64,000 nt of DNA from Candidatus Magasanikiibacteriota bacterium (GTDB taxonomy: Bacteria; Patescibacteriota; Patescibacteriia; Magasanikbacterales; GWA2-37-8): contig CAWJAS010000001.1 of the NCBI GenBank assembly GCA_963840935.1, positions 512,875-576,874 on the forward strand. The letters run 5' to 3'. The position numbers and the translations under genes are program-made. Every line of letters begins with the position of its first letter. Position 1 is the stretch's first letter. Below are positions 48,805 to 58,936 of the stretch, in pieces. The notes beneath the pieces were generated by a model that made no database searches, had not been told where the DNA came from, and saw nothing but the letters and a program-made list of their open reading frames with translations.

Positions 48805-50793
48805 ATGGCAACCAATGATTTTTTTGAATACGAACCAAAAGACCCGGTAAATGATTCTAATCTGACCGGTCGTTATCGTCATGGGTGGGTTGAAGAAAAC
48901 CTTCCTCATTTTAATGCTAACGGGAGAAACAACAACATTCCGCGCACTAATAATTTTATTGGCGCGAGCATATCACCAAAAAGAATGCTACTGTTTTTAA
49001 TTCTTTCGCTGATAGGAACTGTCGTCGTCGCTTCCAGAGTTTTTTATTTGCAAGTAATAAAAGGGGACTACTACTTTAATTTGGCGGAAAATAACCGAAT
49101 TCGAATCAAACCGATATCATCGGAAAGGGGTCTTATTTACGACAGATACGGCATGCAAATTGTGGAAAATATTCCGAGCTTTTCTCTTTCAATTGTTCCT
49201 TATGACCTTCCAAGAAATAATGAGGAAAGATCTAATCTTATTTCAAAAATATCGACAATCAGCAATGTAAGCGTGGAAGAAATTGAAAATTTAATAAAAA
49301 AATATAGCGACTATAGCTATGAATCGCTAATAATCAAGGAAAACTTGGATTATAAATCAGCTTTGCGTTTATATGTGCAGAGTTCGGAATTAAACGGGAT
49401 AGTCATTGAAAAAGGAACAAAAAGATTATATGGCGCTGTTAATGCCGATGAAAATACAGATAGCAAACCTTCTTCTTTATCGCATATTATCGGCTACCTC
49501 GGAAAAATCGACATTAATGAATTATCCGATAAAAAATCCCTGGGCTACTATTCCTCCGATTATTTGGGAAAGGCCGGAATAGAAAAACAATATGAATCTA
49601 ATCTTAGAGGAATATTTGGCAGAAAAAGAGTGGAAGTTAATGCTTTGGGAAGGGAACAAAACATTTTGGCCGAGGAACCGCCTATCCCGGGAAAGAATAT
49701 TTATTTGAGCATTGATTTGGAAGCACAAAACTATTTAGAAAATTTGCTTCTTGACTCAATGGAAAAGAATTCTTTTACTCGCGTGGCGGGAATAGCGCTA
49801 AACCCAAATAATGGTGAAATTTTGGCGCTCGTAAGTTTGCCATCGTTTGATAACAATGATTTTTCCGGTGGAATCAGTGAAACAAAATATTCCGCTTATT
49901 TAAATAATGAAAATAATCCGTTGTTTAATCGCGCTATTGCCGGCACATATCCTTCCGGTTCAACAGTTAAACCTCTTATTACCGCCGCCGCATTGCAGGA
50001 AAAAATAATTACAAAAAACACTTCTGTGTTAAGCACCGGCGGTATTGAAATTGACAAGTGGTTCTTTCCCGATTGGAAAGCGGGTGGCCACGGCTATACA
50101 AATGCCACAAAAGCTATTGCTTGGTCAGTAAACACATTTTTTTATTATATAGGAGGAGGTTATAAAAGCTTCGTCGGACTTGGAGTTGATAAAATTATCA
50201 GTTATCTGAAGCAATTTGGATTAGCGGAAAAAACCGGTATTGATTTGCCGGGTGAAAGCGCCGGTTTTTTGCCGTCCAAAGCTTGGAAGGAAGAAACGAA
50301 AAATGAAATGTGGTATATCGGCGACACATACAACCTTTCAATTGGCCAAGGAGATTTGCTGGTAACCCCCTTGCAAGTGGCTGTTTGGACCGCCACAATC
50401 GCTAACGGCGGAAAGGTGATTCAACCAAGGCTGGCAATAAAAATTGAAGACCCGCTTAATAAAACCGAGGAAATTTTGCCGACGATAATAAAAAATGAAA
50501 ATTTTATTTCATCGGCAAACATAAACATATCAAGACAAGGAATGCGAGAGTGCGTTATTTATGGCTCATGCGAAATGCTTGGCTCACTTAATTTTTCTTC
50601 CGCCGGAAAAACCGGCACCGCTCAATGGAGCCAAAGCAAAGAAAATCACGCTTGGTTCACCTCTTTTGCTCCATTTGATAATCCCCAAATAGTGGTAACC
50701 ATTTTGATTGAAGAAGGGGAGGAAGGCAGTACTGCGGCTCAACCGATAGCTCTTGATTTTTTGCGCTGGTGGGGTAAAAAATATTTAAAATAG
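48805..50793 (+). CDS. mrdA: Penicillin-binding protein 2
   Basis: RGLIYDR, GKAGIEKQYE, STVK (SxxK), SVN (SxN), KTGTAQ. Confidence 0.93.
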   Translation: MATNDFFEYEPKDPVNDSNLTGRYRHGWVEENLPHFNANGRNNNIPRTNNFIGASISPKRMLLFLILSLIGTVVVASRVFYLQVIKGDYYFNLAENNRIRIKPISSERGLIYDRYGMQIVENIPSFSLSIVPYDLPRNNEERSNLISKISTISNVSVEEIENLIKKYSDYSYESLIIKENLDYKSALRLYVQSSELNGIVIEKGTKRLYGAVNADENTDSKPSSLSHIIGYLGKIDINELSDKKSLGYYSSDYLGKAGIEKQYESNLRGIFGRKRVEVNALGREQNILAEEPPIPGKNIYLSIDLEAQNYLENLLLDSMEKNSFTRVAGIALNPNNGEILALVSLPSFDNNDFSGGISETKYSAYLNNENNPLFNRAIAGTYPSGSTVKPLITAAALQEKIITKNTSVLSTGGIEIDKWFFPDWKAGGHGYTNATKAIAWSVNTFFYYIGGGYKSFVGLGVDKIISYLKQFGLAEKTGIDLPGESAGFLPSKAWKEETKNEMWYIGDTYNLSIGQGDLLVTPLQVAVWTATIANGGKVIQPRLAIKIEDPLNKTEEILPTIIKNENFISSANINISRQGMRECVIYGSCEMLGSLNFSSAGKTGTAQWSQSKENHAWFTSFAPFDNPQIVVTILIEEGEEGSTAAQPIALDFLRWWGKKYLK

Positions 50794-50909
50794 GCCTATT
50801 TCTGCGTCTGGGGATAAATAAATTGACTTAATTACCTTATAATTGATACTATAAATAAAGATTAATACCCTGATAATTTGCAAAGGGTATTTATATTTTT
50901 ATAAAACAT

Positions 50910-51377
50910 ATGGATGATAAAATAAATTATTTAACCGAGGAAAGCCACGCCAATTTAATTGTTGAATTGGAGAACCTAAAAAACAAGTTAATCCCCGATA
51001 TTGCCAACCGTATTGATGAGGCGAAACAGCAGGGTGACTTGTCAGAAAACGCGGAATATCACCAAGCGAAAGAAGATATGGCGTGGGCGCAAGGACGACT
51101 AATGTCAATTGAACATATTTTGGGAAACGCCGAAATAATACAAAAAAGTAAAAGTGGCAATAAAATTGTGGAAATAGGCAATAAAATAACGGTTGAGGCA
51201 AATGGTAAAACAAAAGAATATTTAATTGTCGGACCCCAAGAAGCAGACCCGTTTGCGGGCAAAATATCTAATGAATCTCCTTTGGGACAGTCATTTCTTG
51301 GCAACAAGATTGATGATATTGTTGAAGTTGTTACTCCGGCGGGAGAACAAAAATACAAAATTCTAAAAATTGAGTAG
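50910..51377 (+). CDS. greA: Transcription elongation factor GreA
   Basis: GDLSENAEY, ISNESPLG. Confidence 0.96.
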   Translation: MDDKINYLTEESHANLIVELENLKNKLIPDIANRIDEAKQQGDLSENAEYHQAKEDMAWAQGRLMSIEHILGNAEIIQKSKSGNKIVEIGNKITVEANGKTKEYLIVGPQEADPFAGKISNESPLGQSFLGNKIDDIVEVVTPAGEQKYKILKIE

Positions 51378-51400
51378 AAAAAGTTAGACCGGATTTATTA

Positions 51401-51427
51401 AAAAGCCCAAAAATTGGGCTTTTTTTG
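51401..51427 (+). terminator. Terminator after greA
   Basis: AAAAGCCCAA-AAA-TTGGGCTTTTTTT. Confidence 0.7.
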
Positions 51428-51478
51428 ACTTAAAAGGCAAAACATTATATAATATTGTCAATACTTATAACATAAAAT

Positions 51479-52957
51479 ATGAACAAAAATCCTGAGACCA
51501 AAAACGAGGAACAAATTAGACTGGAAAGATTAAGCAGTTTGCGCGCGCAAAATATCAATCCCTATCCATCCAAAACCCCAAAAAAAATCGCAATAAGCGA
51601 AGCCAGGACGTTAAAAGAGGGGCAAACAGCGTCGGTTGCGGGCAGAATTATGTCGATGAGAGAAATGGGGAAACTGTGCTTTCTTAATTTAAAAGATTTT
51701 TCCGGAGCAATTCAAATTGCTTTATCCGAAAAAGAATTAGGGAAGGATAGCTATAAATTTTTTACTAAACATTTTGACCTGGGTGATTTTGTTAATTTTC
51801 AAGGTGATATTTTTGTTACTCATAAAGGCGAATTATCCATACTGGTTAAGAGCTACCAAATATTATGCAAATCGCTTTTGCCTTTGCCAGAAAAATTTCA
51901 CGGATTGTCCAACGTCGAAACAAGATACCGCCAAAGATATTTGGATTTATTATCAAATGAACGCTCAATGGAAATAGCCGTGGTAAGAAGCAAACTGGTC
52001 AAAGAAATCAGAAATTATTTTGATAATCTTGGTTTCTTTGAGGTGGAGACACCGATACTGCAATCATTGTACGGCGGAGCAAACGCAAAACCTTTTGTCA
52101 CTCATCACAATGCTTTAGATATAGATCTTTTTTTGCGAATTGCGCCGGAATTGTATTTGAAAAGATTGTTGGTCGGAGGTTTTGAAAGGATATACGAAAT
52201 TTCCAAATGCTTTAGGAACGAAGGAATAGACAATAATCACAATCCTGAATTTACGCAAATTGAAGCATACTGGGCATACGCCGATTATACTGACTTGATG
52301 AATTTATTTGAAGACTTACTGCCAAAATTAATTCAAGGCGCGGGTTTGCCTCTCAAATTTTCCACACTGGGATCTGAAGTGGATTTTACTCCTCCTTATC
52401 CGAGAAAAACGATGCGTGAACTGATGATTGAACACGCTGATGTGGATATTGAAAAATATCCGGACCAAAAATCAATGTTTGAATTGGCCAAAAAATTGCG
52501 CGTAGAAGATATAGATAAAAATACCGGACGAGGAAAACTAATTGACGAAATCTATAAATTATTAGTCAGGCCCAAAATTATCAATCCGATATTTATGATT
52601 GACCACCCCTTGGAATTGTCGCCCTTGGCCAAAAAACACGCCGATAGACCCGATTATGTGGAAAGATTTCAATTGTTATGCGTGGGAGGGAATGAGCTAT
52701 GCAATGCGTTCTCGGAGTTAAACGACCCGATTGACCAGGAAGAACGCTTGACTGAGCAAGAAAAATTAAGGGATTTGGGAGATGACGAAAGCATGAAAAT
52801 GGACGAGGATTTTATTATCGCTCTAAAACACGGAATGCCACCGTGCGCGGGACTCGGAATGGGTATCGACCGCCTTGTTAAGCTTCTCATGGACGCCGAT
52901 AATTTAAAAGAAGTGATTCTTTTTCCGACCCTAAAACCCGTAGCGACAAATGAATAA
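51479..52957 (+). CDS. lysS: Lysine--tRNA ligase (class II)
   Basis: RYRQRYLDL, FRNEG, HNPEFT, GMGIDRL. Confidence 0.97.
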   Translation: MNKNPETKNEEQIRLERLSSLRAQNINPYPSKTPKKIAISEARTLKEGQTASVAGRIMSMREMGKLCFLNLKDFSGAIQIALSEKELGKDSYKFFTKHFDLGDFVNFQGDIFVTHKGELSILVKSYQILCKSLLPLPEKFHGLSNVETRYRQRYLDLLSNERSMEIAVVRSKLVKEIRNYFDNLGFFEVETPILQSLYGGANAKPFVTHHNALDIDLFLRIAPELYLKRLLVGGFERIYEISKCFRNEGIDNNHNPEFTQIEAYWAYADYTDLMNLFEDLLPKLIQGAGLPLKFSTLGSEVDFTPPYPRKTMRELMIEHADVDIEKYPDQKSMFELAKKLRVEDIDKNTGRGKLIDEIYKLLVRPKIINPIFMIDHPLELSPLAKKHADRPDYVERFQLLCVGGNELCNAFSELNDPIDQEERLTEQEKLRDLGDDESMKMDEDFIIALKHGMPPCAGLGMGIDRLVKLLMDADNLKEVILFPTLKPVATNE

Positions 52958-52969
52958 TATACTAAATAT

Positions 52970-54226
52970 ATGCTAGACATTAAATTTATCAAAGAAAACG
53001 AAAAGTTAATTCAAGAAAATTGCTCTAACAGGCGAGTTGATGTTGATATAAAAAAATTATTACTAGTTAACGAAGAACGAACTGATAAAATAAAAAAAAT
53101 AGAGGAGTTAAGGGCTTTAAGAAATAAAAAATCTAAAGGCAAGCCCAGCGATGAAGAAATAATTAAAATGCGCGCTTTGGGCGATGATATTGGCAGACTT
53201 GAAAATGAATTAAAAATAATTGAAACGGAATTTGAAAACTTACTGATGGCTGTACCCAACATGACTCATCCGGAAAGTCCGATCGGAGGCGAAAATGATT
53301 ACAAGGTAATTTTTGAATCCAAAATTCCCAAAAAACCAAAATTCAAACAAAAAAATCACGAAGAATTAATGGTGGCAAACGATTTGATAGATTTTGAAAG
53401 AGGCGCAAAAGTGGCGGCTTCAAAATTTTATTTTTTAAAGAATAACGCGGTCCGGTTAAACATGGCTTTAATCAATTACGCCGTAGATATAATTTCTAAA
53501 CACGGATATGTATTAATGGAAACTCCGGATATGGCCAAGGATGAAATTTTATCCGGTATTGGTTTTAACCCTCGTGGCAAAGAAACTCAAGTATATTCCA
53601 TTGAAAACCAAGACTTAAGCTTAGTCGGAACCGCCGAAATTACCATGGGAGGCTATCACGCCGACGAGATTTTGGATTTATCAGACGGACCGAAAAAATA
53701 TATGGCACTCTCTCATTGCTATAGAACAGAGGCTGGAGCGTACGGCAAAACCAGTAAAGGATTATACCGGGTTCATCAATTTACAAAATTGGAAATGTTT
53801 ATTTTTTGCAAACCAAATGAAAGCGAAAAATATCATCAAGAAATTCTTGAAATCGAGAAAAAAATTGTTTGCGGTCTAAAATTACCATACAGAGTTATAG
53901 ATATAGCAAGTGGAGACCTTGGCGGACCGGCATACAAAAAATTCGATATTGAGGCGTGGATGACAATGAACGAAAGTGAAAACAATCCTCAAGGCGGATG
54001 GGGTGAAATTACCAGTTGCAGTAATTGTACCGACTATCAGGCTCGCAGATTAAATATCAAATATCGCGACGAAAACGGAGAATTAAAATATGTGCACACT
54101 TTAAACGGCACCGGCATGGTAATGTCCAGATTTCCTATCGCTATTGTTGAGAATTATCAGCGCGAAGACGGCAAAATTCAAGTACCCAAGGCTTTAAAAA
54201 AATACTGCAATTTAAAAATTCTTTAA
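52970..54226 (+). CDS. serS: Serine--tRNA ligase
   Basis: GTAE, YRTEAG, GLYRVHQF, EITSCSNCTDYQARR, HTLNGT. Confidence 0.97.
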   Translation: MLDIKFIKENEKLIQENCSNRRVDVDIKKLLLVNEERTDKIKKIEELRALRNKKSKGKPSDEEIIKMRALGDDIGRLENELKIIETEFENLLMAVPNMTHPESPIGGENDYKVIFESKIPKKPKFKQKNHEELMVANDLIDFERGAKVAASKFYFLKNNAVRLNMALINYAVDIISKHGYVLMETPDMAKDEILSGIGFNPRGKETQVYSIENQDLSLVGTAEITMGGYHADEILDLSDGPKKYMALSHCYRTEAGAYGKTSKGLYRVHQFTKLEMFIFCKPNESEKYHQEILEIEKKIVCGLKLPYRVIDIASGDLGGPAYKKFDIEAWMTMNESENNPQGGWGEITSCSNCTDYQARRLNIKYRDENGELKYVHTLNGTGMVMSRFPIAIVENYQREDGKIQVPKALKKYCNLKIL

Positions 54227-54272
54227 TCGCCGTATTTGCTATTGATTTTTTAATATTTTTTAAGGGTTTATT

Positions 54273-55385
54273 ATGTTCAGCTGGATTGAGGTTGATTCAA
54301 GCGCGATAAAGCATAATTTAAAGGAGTTCAAAAAACTGTTCGGAAAAAATATTTTGCTCATGCCTGTAGTAAAAGGAAACGCCTACGGGCACGGTTTATC
54401 GCAAATGGCTCAAATTTGCGATAAGGCACCAGAGGTAAACAGGATTTGCGTAGTTAACGATGAAGAAGCGGAAATTTTGATTCAAAATAATATCAAAAAA
54501 CCTATAATGATCATTGGTTTTTTTGAATTAAATAAAAAAAAATTGCTAAGATTAGCCAAAAATAATGTTATTTTTCCTGTTTTTTCGCTTAAACAAGCCA
54601 AATTTCTAAATAGGGTAGGGGATAAACTTAAAAAAAACATAAGAATTCACATTAAATTTGATATTGGCACTTCCAGGCTTGGTTTTCTTTTTCCAACTCA
54701 AATAAATGAAATTCGCAAGATATCACAGCTAAAATGGCTGACAATTGAAGGTATTTACAGTCATTTGGCCTCAAGCGAGAGTAGTGTCGCATATACCAAC
54801 AAACAAATACATAAATTTCAACTAATTGAAGCTCGGCTAAAAAAGCTTAACATCAACCCAGGAATTCAGCACATTAGCTGTACGGCTGCATCCGTTTTAT
54901 TCCCAAGCGCTCAATTAAACGCAGTAAGGCTTGGCCTTGGTTTGTATGGGTTGTATTCGTCGCAAAAAATGACTAAAAAAATCAATTTAAAACCGGCCTT
55001 GTCGCTATATACAAAAATTCTGCAAATTAAACGAATTAAAAAGGGTACAAAAATAGGCTACGGAGGCACATATACCGCAAAAAAAGATTTTGACCTGGCT
55101 ATTTTGCCAATCGGATATTGGGACGGCTATGATCGACGATTATCAAATAATTCCCACGTTTTAATCAACGGAAATAAATGTTTTGTGCGCGGGAAAATAT
55201 GCATGAATCTGACAATGGTTGAACTTCCGAACAAACATAAAGCAAAAGAAGGGGACACGGCCATTCTCATAGGCAAACAATCAAAACAAGTAATATCCAT
55301 TGACGCGTTGGCCGACAAATGCAAAACGATTAATTATGAGTTTGTGGATAGGTTAAACCCGATGCTACCCCGAATATACGTCTAA
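54273..55385 (+). CDS. alr: Alanine racemase
   Basis: VVKGNAYGHG, GIYSH, GYGGTY, IGYWDG, GKICMN. Confidence 0.95.
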   Translation: MFSWIEVDSSAIKHNLKEFKKLFGKNILLMPVVKGNAYGHGLSQMAQICDKAPEVNRICVVNDEEAEILIQNNIKKPIMIIGFFELNKKKLLRLAKNNVIFPVFSLKQAKFLNRVGDKLKKNIRIHIKFDIGTSRLGFLFPTQINEIRKISQLKWLTIEGIYSHLASSESSVAYTNKQIHKFQLIEARLKKLNINPGIQHISCTAASVLFPSAQLNAVRLGLGLYGLYSSQKMTKKINLKPALSLYTKILQIKRIKKGTKIGYGGTYTAKKDFDLAILPIGYWDGYDRRLSNNSHVLINGNKCFVRGKICMNLTMVELPNKHKAKEGDTAILIGKQSKQVISIDALADKCKTINYEFVDRLNPMLPRIYV

Positions 55386-55501
55386 ATATTATGAATTGAT
55401 ACATCAAATCATACGGCTCGCTCAGCCTGAATAAACCGATTAAAAAAAGACGTAATTTTTTTATTTTTAACATATTCAAAAAAAAAGAAAGCCGGACAAT
55501 T

Positions 55502-56530
55502 ATGCGAGAACCGAATAGAATATTAAATGTTAATAATGCTCATGTCCATTCTCAATACAAATATCAAAAAAAACATGTCTCACGTAATTGGAAAAAAATA
55601 ATTATTTATTCTTTATTATTTATTCTGCTAACCGCCTGGCTCATATTAATGCTATACTTGCCATATTTTAGAATCAAAAACGTTGAATACAAAGGCCTAA
55701 AAATTATTGAAATTAACGAAATAAGCGAATATGTTAACAATGAATTTTTGAAAGGAGTAATAGTGCCAAGAAACAACTATTTTTTGTTAAGTGCAAAAAA
55801 AATAGAACGCGACCTGCTTCAAAAATACGGAGTTGAAGAAATAAAAGTCACCAAAATATTTCCGGAAAAATTACTAATAGAAATCAAAGAAAAAATTTCA
55901 ACAATAATTTATTATAATGGGAGCAATTATTATCTGCTTGACAGAAATGGAGAAATAATCAAAAAAATTACTTTGCTAAATGGCATCCAAACCGAAGTAT
56001 ACGAGGACGAAGATATTATTAACATTGATACTGAATCAGAAAATAACCAAGCAACAACAAGCATGGCAAATGTGGTCATGACTTCGTCTTCAACCGAACC
56101 GTTTAATTCACGCACCACACCGGGGCAAATAACTATCGCGTCGTCTTCAACTTCTACGGCTGTAATGAACACACCGGAATGGCGAAAATTAACCAGGGAT
56201 TACGAAGATATCCCGATTTTTTGGGATAAGAGCAATTTATCTGAAGACGGCGAAAAAGAATTTATTTTGAAAAATGAAATAATAGAATTTATTATTGAAT
56301 GGGATAAAATCCTAAAAGAGGAGGGGATAGGGGACGCGCGCTACTTTGAAACAGAAAATTTAACCTCCGGCTTGGCGCTTTCTCTTGATAAGCCTTGGAA
56401 GATTTATATCCAGCCAAATAATTCTCTGGAAAATCAAATTGCTAATTTAAAAATTATTTTGTCCAGCCGTAATACGTCTCCGAAAGAGTATATTGATTTG
56501 AGATTTAATGAACGAGTGTTTTGGAAGTAG
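55502..56530 (+). CDS. ftsQ: FtsQ/DivIB-like POTRA protein
   Basis: TM, then YFRIKNVEYKG..KIFPEKLLIEIKE, C-terminal YIDLRFNERVFWK; may extend upstream to 55391 across a TGA. Confidence 0.75.
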   Translation: MREPNRILNVNNAHVHSQYKYQKKHVSRNWKKIIIYSLLFILLTAWLILMLYLPYFRIKNVEYKGLKIIEINEISEYVNNEFLKGVIVPRNNYFLLSAKKIERDLLQKYGVEEIKVTKIFPEKLLIEIKEKISTIIYYNGSNYYLLDRNGEIIKKITLLNGIQTEVYEDEDIINIDTESENNQATTSMANVVMTSSSTEPFNSRTTPGQITIASSSTSTAVMNTPEWRKLTRDYEDIPIFWDKSNLSEDGEKEFILKNEIIEFIIEWDKILKEEGIGDARYFETENLTSGLALSLDKPWKIYIQPNNSLENQIANLKIILSSRNTSPKEYIDLRFNERVFWK

Positions 56531-56600
56531 TGAATGAGTGGAAGGGGGAACGGCAAAACATAATACTTGCGTTATTTAGAGTTGTATTATACTATATATC

Positions 56601-56632
56601 TAACGTCGTATAACATAGATTAAGAGACGTTA
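56601..56632. other. dif-like Xer binding site
   Basis: ACGTCGTATAA-CATAGA-TTAAGAGACGT (11-6-11) with outer symmetry TAACGTC/GACGTTA, 15 bp before the xer ATG. Confidence 0.55.
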
Positions 56633-56647
56633 ATAACATCTATTTAT

Positions 56648-57610
56648 ATGGATAAGTCCAATAAAGCCGTTATTGCGCATATTCCCGACTTTCTTGACTA
56701 TTGCGAAATTGAGAAGGGTTTAAGCCCGATTACCACGCGTAATTACCATAACTTTTTAAAAATGTTTGTGGCGTGGATTCGTGACCATAATCTTACGTCA
56801 TTAAAGCCTCACGAGCTCACACCTAAACATATTTGGGACTACAGGCTATATTTGTCGCGTAAAGCCGATTCCCATGGCAAATATATCAAAAAAACGACTC
56901 AGAACTACTACCTGATAGCGCTTCGTAATTTGGTTACATATTTTGCCACCAAAGATATAATTTCCATTCCGGCTGATAAAATTTCTTTGCCTAAGTTAAC
57001 TGATAAAGATAAAAAAATAAAATTTTTAAATTTCGACCAGGTTGAAAAACTGATGTCCATGCCTGACTTGTCAAAACCGGACGGATTAAGAGATAGGGCT
57101 ATTCTTGAGACCCTCTTCTCTACCGGCATGCGGGTATCGGAATTAACGTCGCTTAATATACGTCTATTCAATATTAAAAATATTGTCGAAAAAAAAATTG
57201 ATGATTTGGAAATTACTATTTCCGGTAAAGGCGGATCAAGCCGAACCGTATATTTTTCCAAGCGAGCTCTTGAATGGCTCGGGAAATACCTAAAAATCAG
57301 AAATGATATGTTCCCTCCCCTGTTTATTAACTATCGACTTGATGAAAATGACGACGAACACAGATTAACATCGCGTTCTGTCGAGCGATTGGTAAAAAAA
57401 TACACCACAATGGCCGGTTTGCCGGTGGATGCGACACCACATACATTGCGCCACAGTTTTGCCACTGATTTACTTGAGCAAGGAGCGGACATGCGCTCCG
57501 TTCAAGAAATGCTCGGCCATAAAAATATTGTTACCACGCAAATATACACTCACGTAACCAATCCCCGTCTGCGGGAAATTCATCGTAAATTTCATTCCAG
57601 AAAAAAGTAA
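56648..57610 (+). CDS. XerC/XerD-family tyrosine recombinase
   Basis: RDRAILETLFSTGMRVSEL, GKGG, TPHTLRHSFATDLL, LGH..TTQIYTH. Confidence 0.93.
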   Translation: MDKSNKAVIAHIPDFLDYCEIEKGLSPITTRNYHNFLKMFVAWIRDHNLTSLKPHELTPKHIWDYRLYLSRKADSHGKYIKKTTQNYYLIALRNLVTYFATKDIISIPADKISLPKLTDKDKKIKFLNFDQVEKLMSMPDLSKPDGLRDRAILETLFSTGMRVSELTSLNIRLFNIKNIVEKKIDDLEITISGKGGSSRTVYFSKRALEWLGKYLKIRNDMFPPLFINYRLDENDDEHRLTSRSVERLVKKYTTMAGLPVDATPHTLRHSFATDLLEQGADMRSVQEMLGHKNIVTTQIYTHVTNPRLREIHRKFHSRKK

Positions 57611-57616
57611 ATAAAA

Positions 57617-57641
57617 AAACGCCCGATTCCCTCGGGCGTTT
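57617..57641. terminator. Terminator between convergent xer and M23 genes
   Basis: AAACGCCCGA-TTCCC-TCGGGCGTTT. Confidence 0.7.
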
Positions 57642-57654
57642 ATATATTTGATTA

Positions 57655-58905
57655 CTAAAAATAATTCATCGGGTTTACCGGAATTCCGTTTAACCTCACT
57701 TCAAAATGCAAATGCGGTCCGGTCACAAACGGTCCGGCCCCGACAGTTCCGGGCGTACCGCCGGAATAACCAATTATATCACCCTTGGCCACAAATTGGT
57801 CTTCCTGCACGCTTATAGAGCTCATATGACCATAAACGGTTGATAAATTATCCGTATGAACCAGTAAAATATAGCTATAACAAGTGCTTACCGAGCACCT
57901 TCTGGCTCTGGCGACGTACCCAGAACTAGCCGCTTTTATGGGTGTTCCCTGCGAAGCCCTTATATCAATCCCACTGTGTTCAAAAACATGCCGGTACGGA
58001 TATTCAGGGTCATGAAAAATTGATGTGACATATTTGCTCACAGCCGGCCAATAGAAATTACCGGAATCACTGCTTAAACTGCTAAATTTTTCCAGTTCCT
58101 CTAGCTTTTTTCTTACCTGAGTTTCAAACGAACGAACCTCGCCCTCGATCGCTTGATATTGGGCTCGCAAATTTTCTACCAATGTTTTAAAACGCATTTC
58201 CGAAGCCTGGGAATTGGCTAATAAATTTTGCCTAACATTGGCCTCTGAACTCAAATCATATTTTTTATTATCCAAATCGATTTTCAAATTTTCATAAACT
58301 TGTTTACGATTTTCTACTTGAGATTTTTTTGTATCAAGCTCTTCTTTGGCAAATCGCAGTTGTTTGACCGATTTGCCCAAATCAGTATAAACATTTTCCA
58401 AATATTTTACCTGATCATAAAATTCCGCAAAATCTTCGCTGGTTAACAAAACTTCCAAATAATTCTTTTGATCTTCAGCGTTTATATTACGAACAATTTT
58501 TGCAATAATAAGTTTTTGCTTTTCTATCGCGGTCTCTTTGTCTTCAATGCTCAGGTTTAAAGCTTCTATTTCTAGCGAGGCTTCTTTAATCATTTCTTCA
58601 GTCAATTGAATATCTGTTTCGATCTGAATTAGGCGGTTGTCAATAATGCTCAACTGATTCTTTAAGGACATTGATTCCAGCCTTTTTTCTTCAATGCTTT
58701 TTTTGTAATTATTAATTGTGTTTTCCAGTTCCTGAATTTTTGACTTTCTTTCGGCAATTTGGCGATTTAGGTCATCTATTTCTTCCTTATTACCGCCGGA
58801 AGCCTGAGTGCCCGATGATTTGGTAAAAACAAAACTCGCGCCAAACACAAACAGCGCGACGGATAATATGATAGCAAACAGTATATAAAATCGCATTTTC
58901 TTCAT
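57655..58905 (-). CDS. Coiled-coil M23 peptidoglycan endopeptidase (EnvC/CwlO-like architecture)
   Basis: Signal/TM, long coiled coil, HSGID and TGPHLHFE zinc motifs intact. Confidence 0.88.
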   Translation of the reverse strand: MKKMRFYILFAIILSVALFVFGASFVFTKSSGTQASGGNKEEIDDLNRQIAERKSKIQELENTINNYKKSIEEKRLESMSLKNQLSIIDNRLIQIETDIQLTEEMIKEASLEIEALNLSIEDKETAIEKQKLIIAKIVRNINAEDQKNYLEVLLTSEDFAEFYDQVKYLENVYTDLGKSVKQLRFAKEELDTKKSQVENRKQVYENLKIDLDNKKYDLSSEANVRQNLLANSQASEMRFKTLVENLRAQYQAIEGEVRSFETQVRKKLEELEKFSSLSSDSGNFYWPAVSKYVTSIFHDPEYPYRHVFEHSGIDIRASQGTPIKAASSGYVARARRCSVSTCYSYILLVHTDNLSTVYGHMSSISVQEDQFVAKGDIIGYSGGTPGTVGAGPFVTGPHLHFEVRLNGIPVNPMNYF

Positions 58906-58936
58906 ACCTGAATTATACCACAATAACAGTGAACAG

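Noticed and set aside
56648-57610. Prophage or island integrase
   Set aside because: XerC/D-like size and motifs, flanked by housekeeping genes, with no phage or cargo genes and no att duplication seen.
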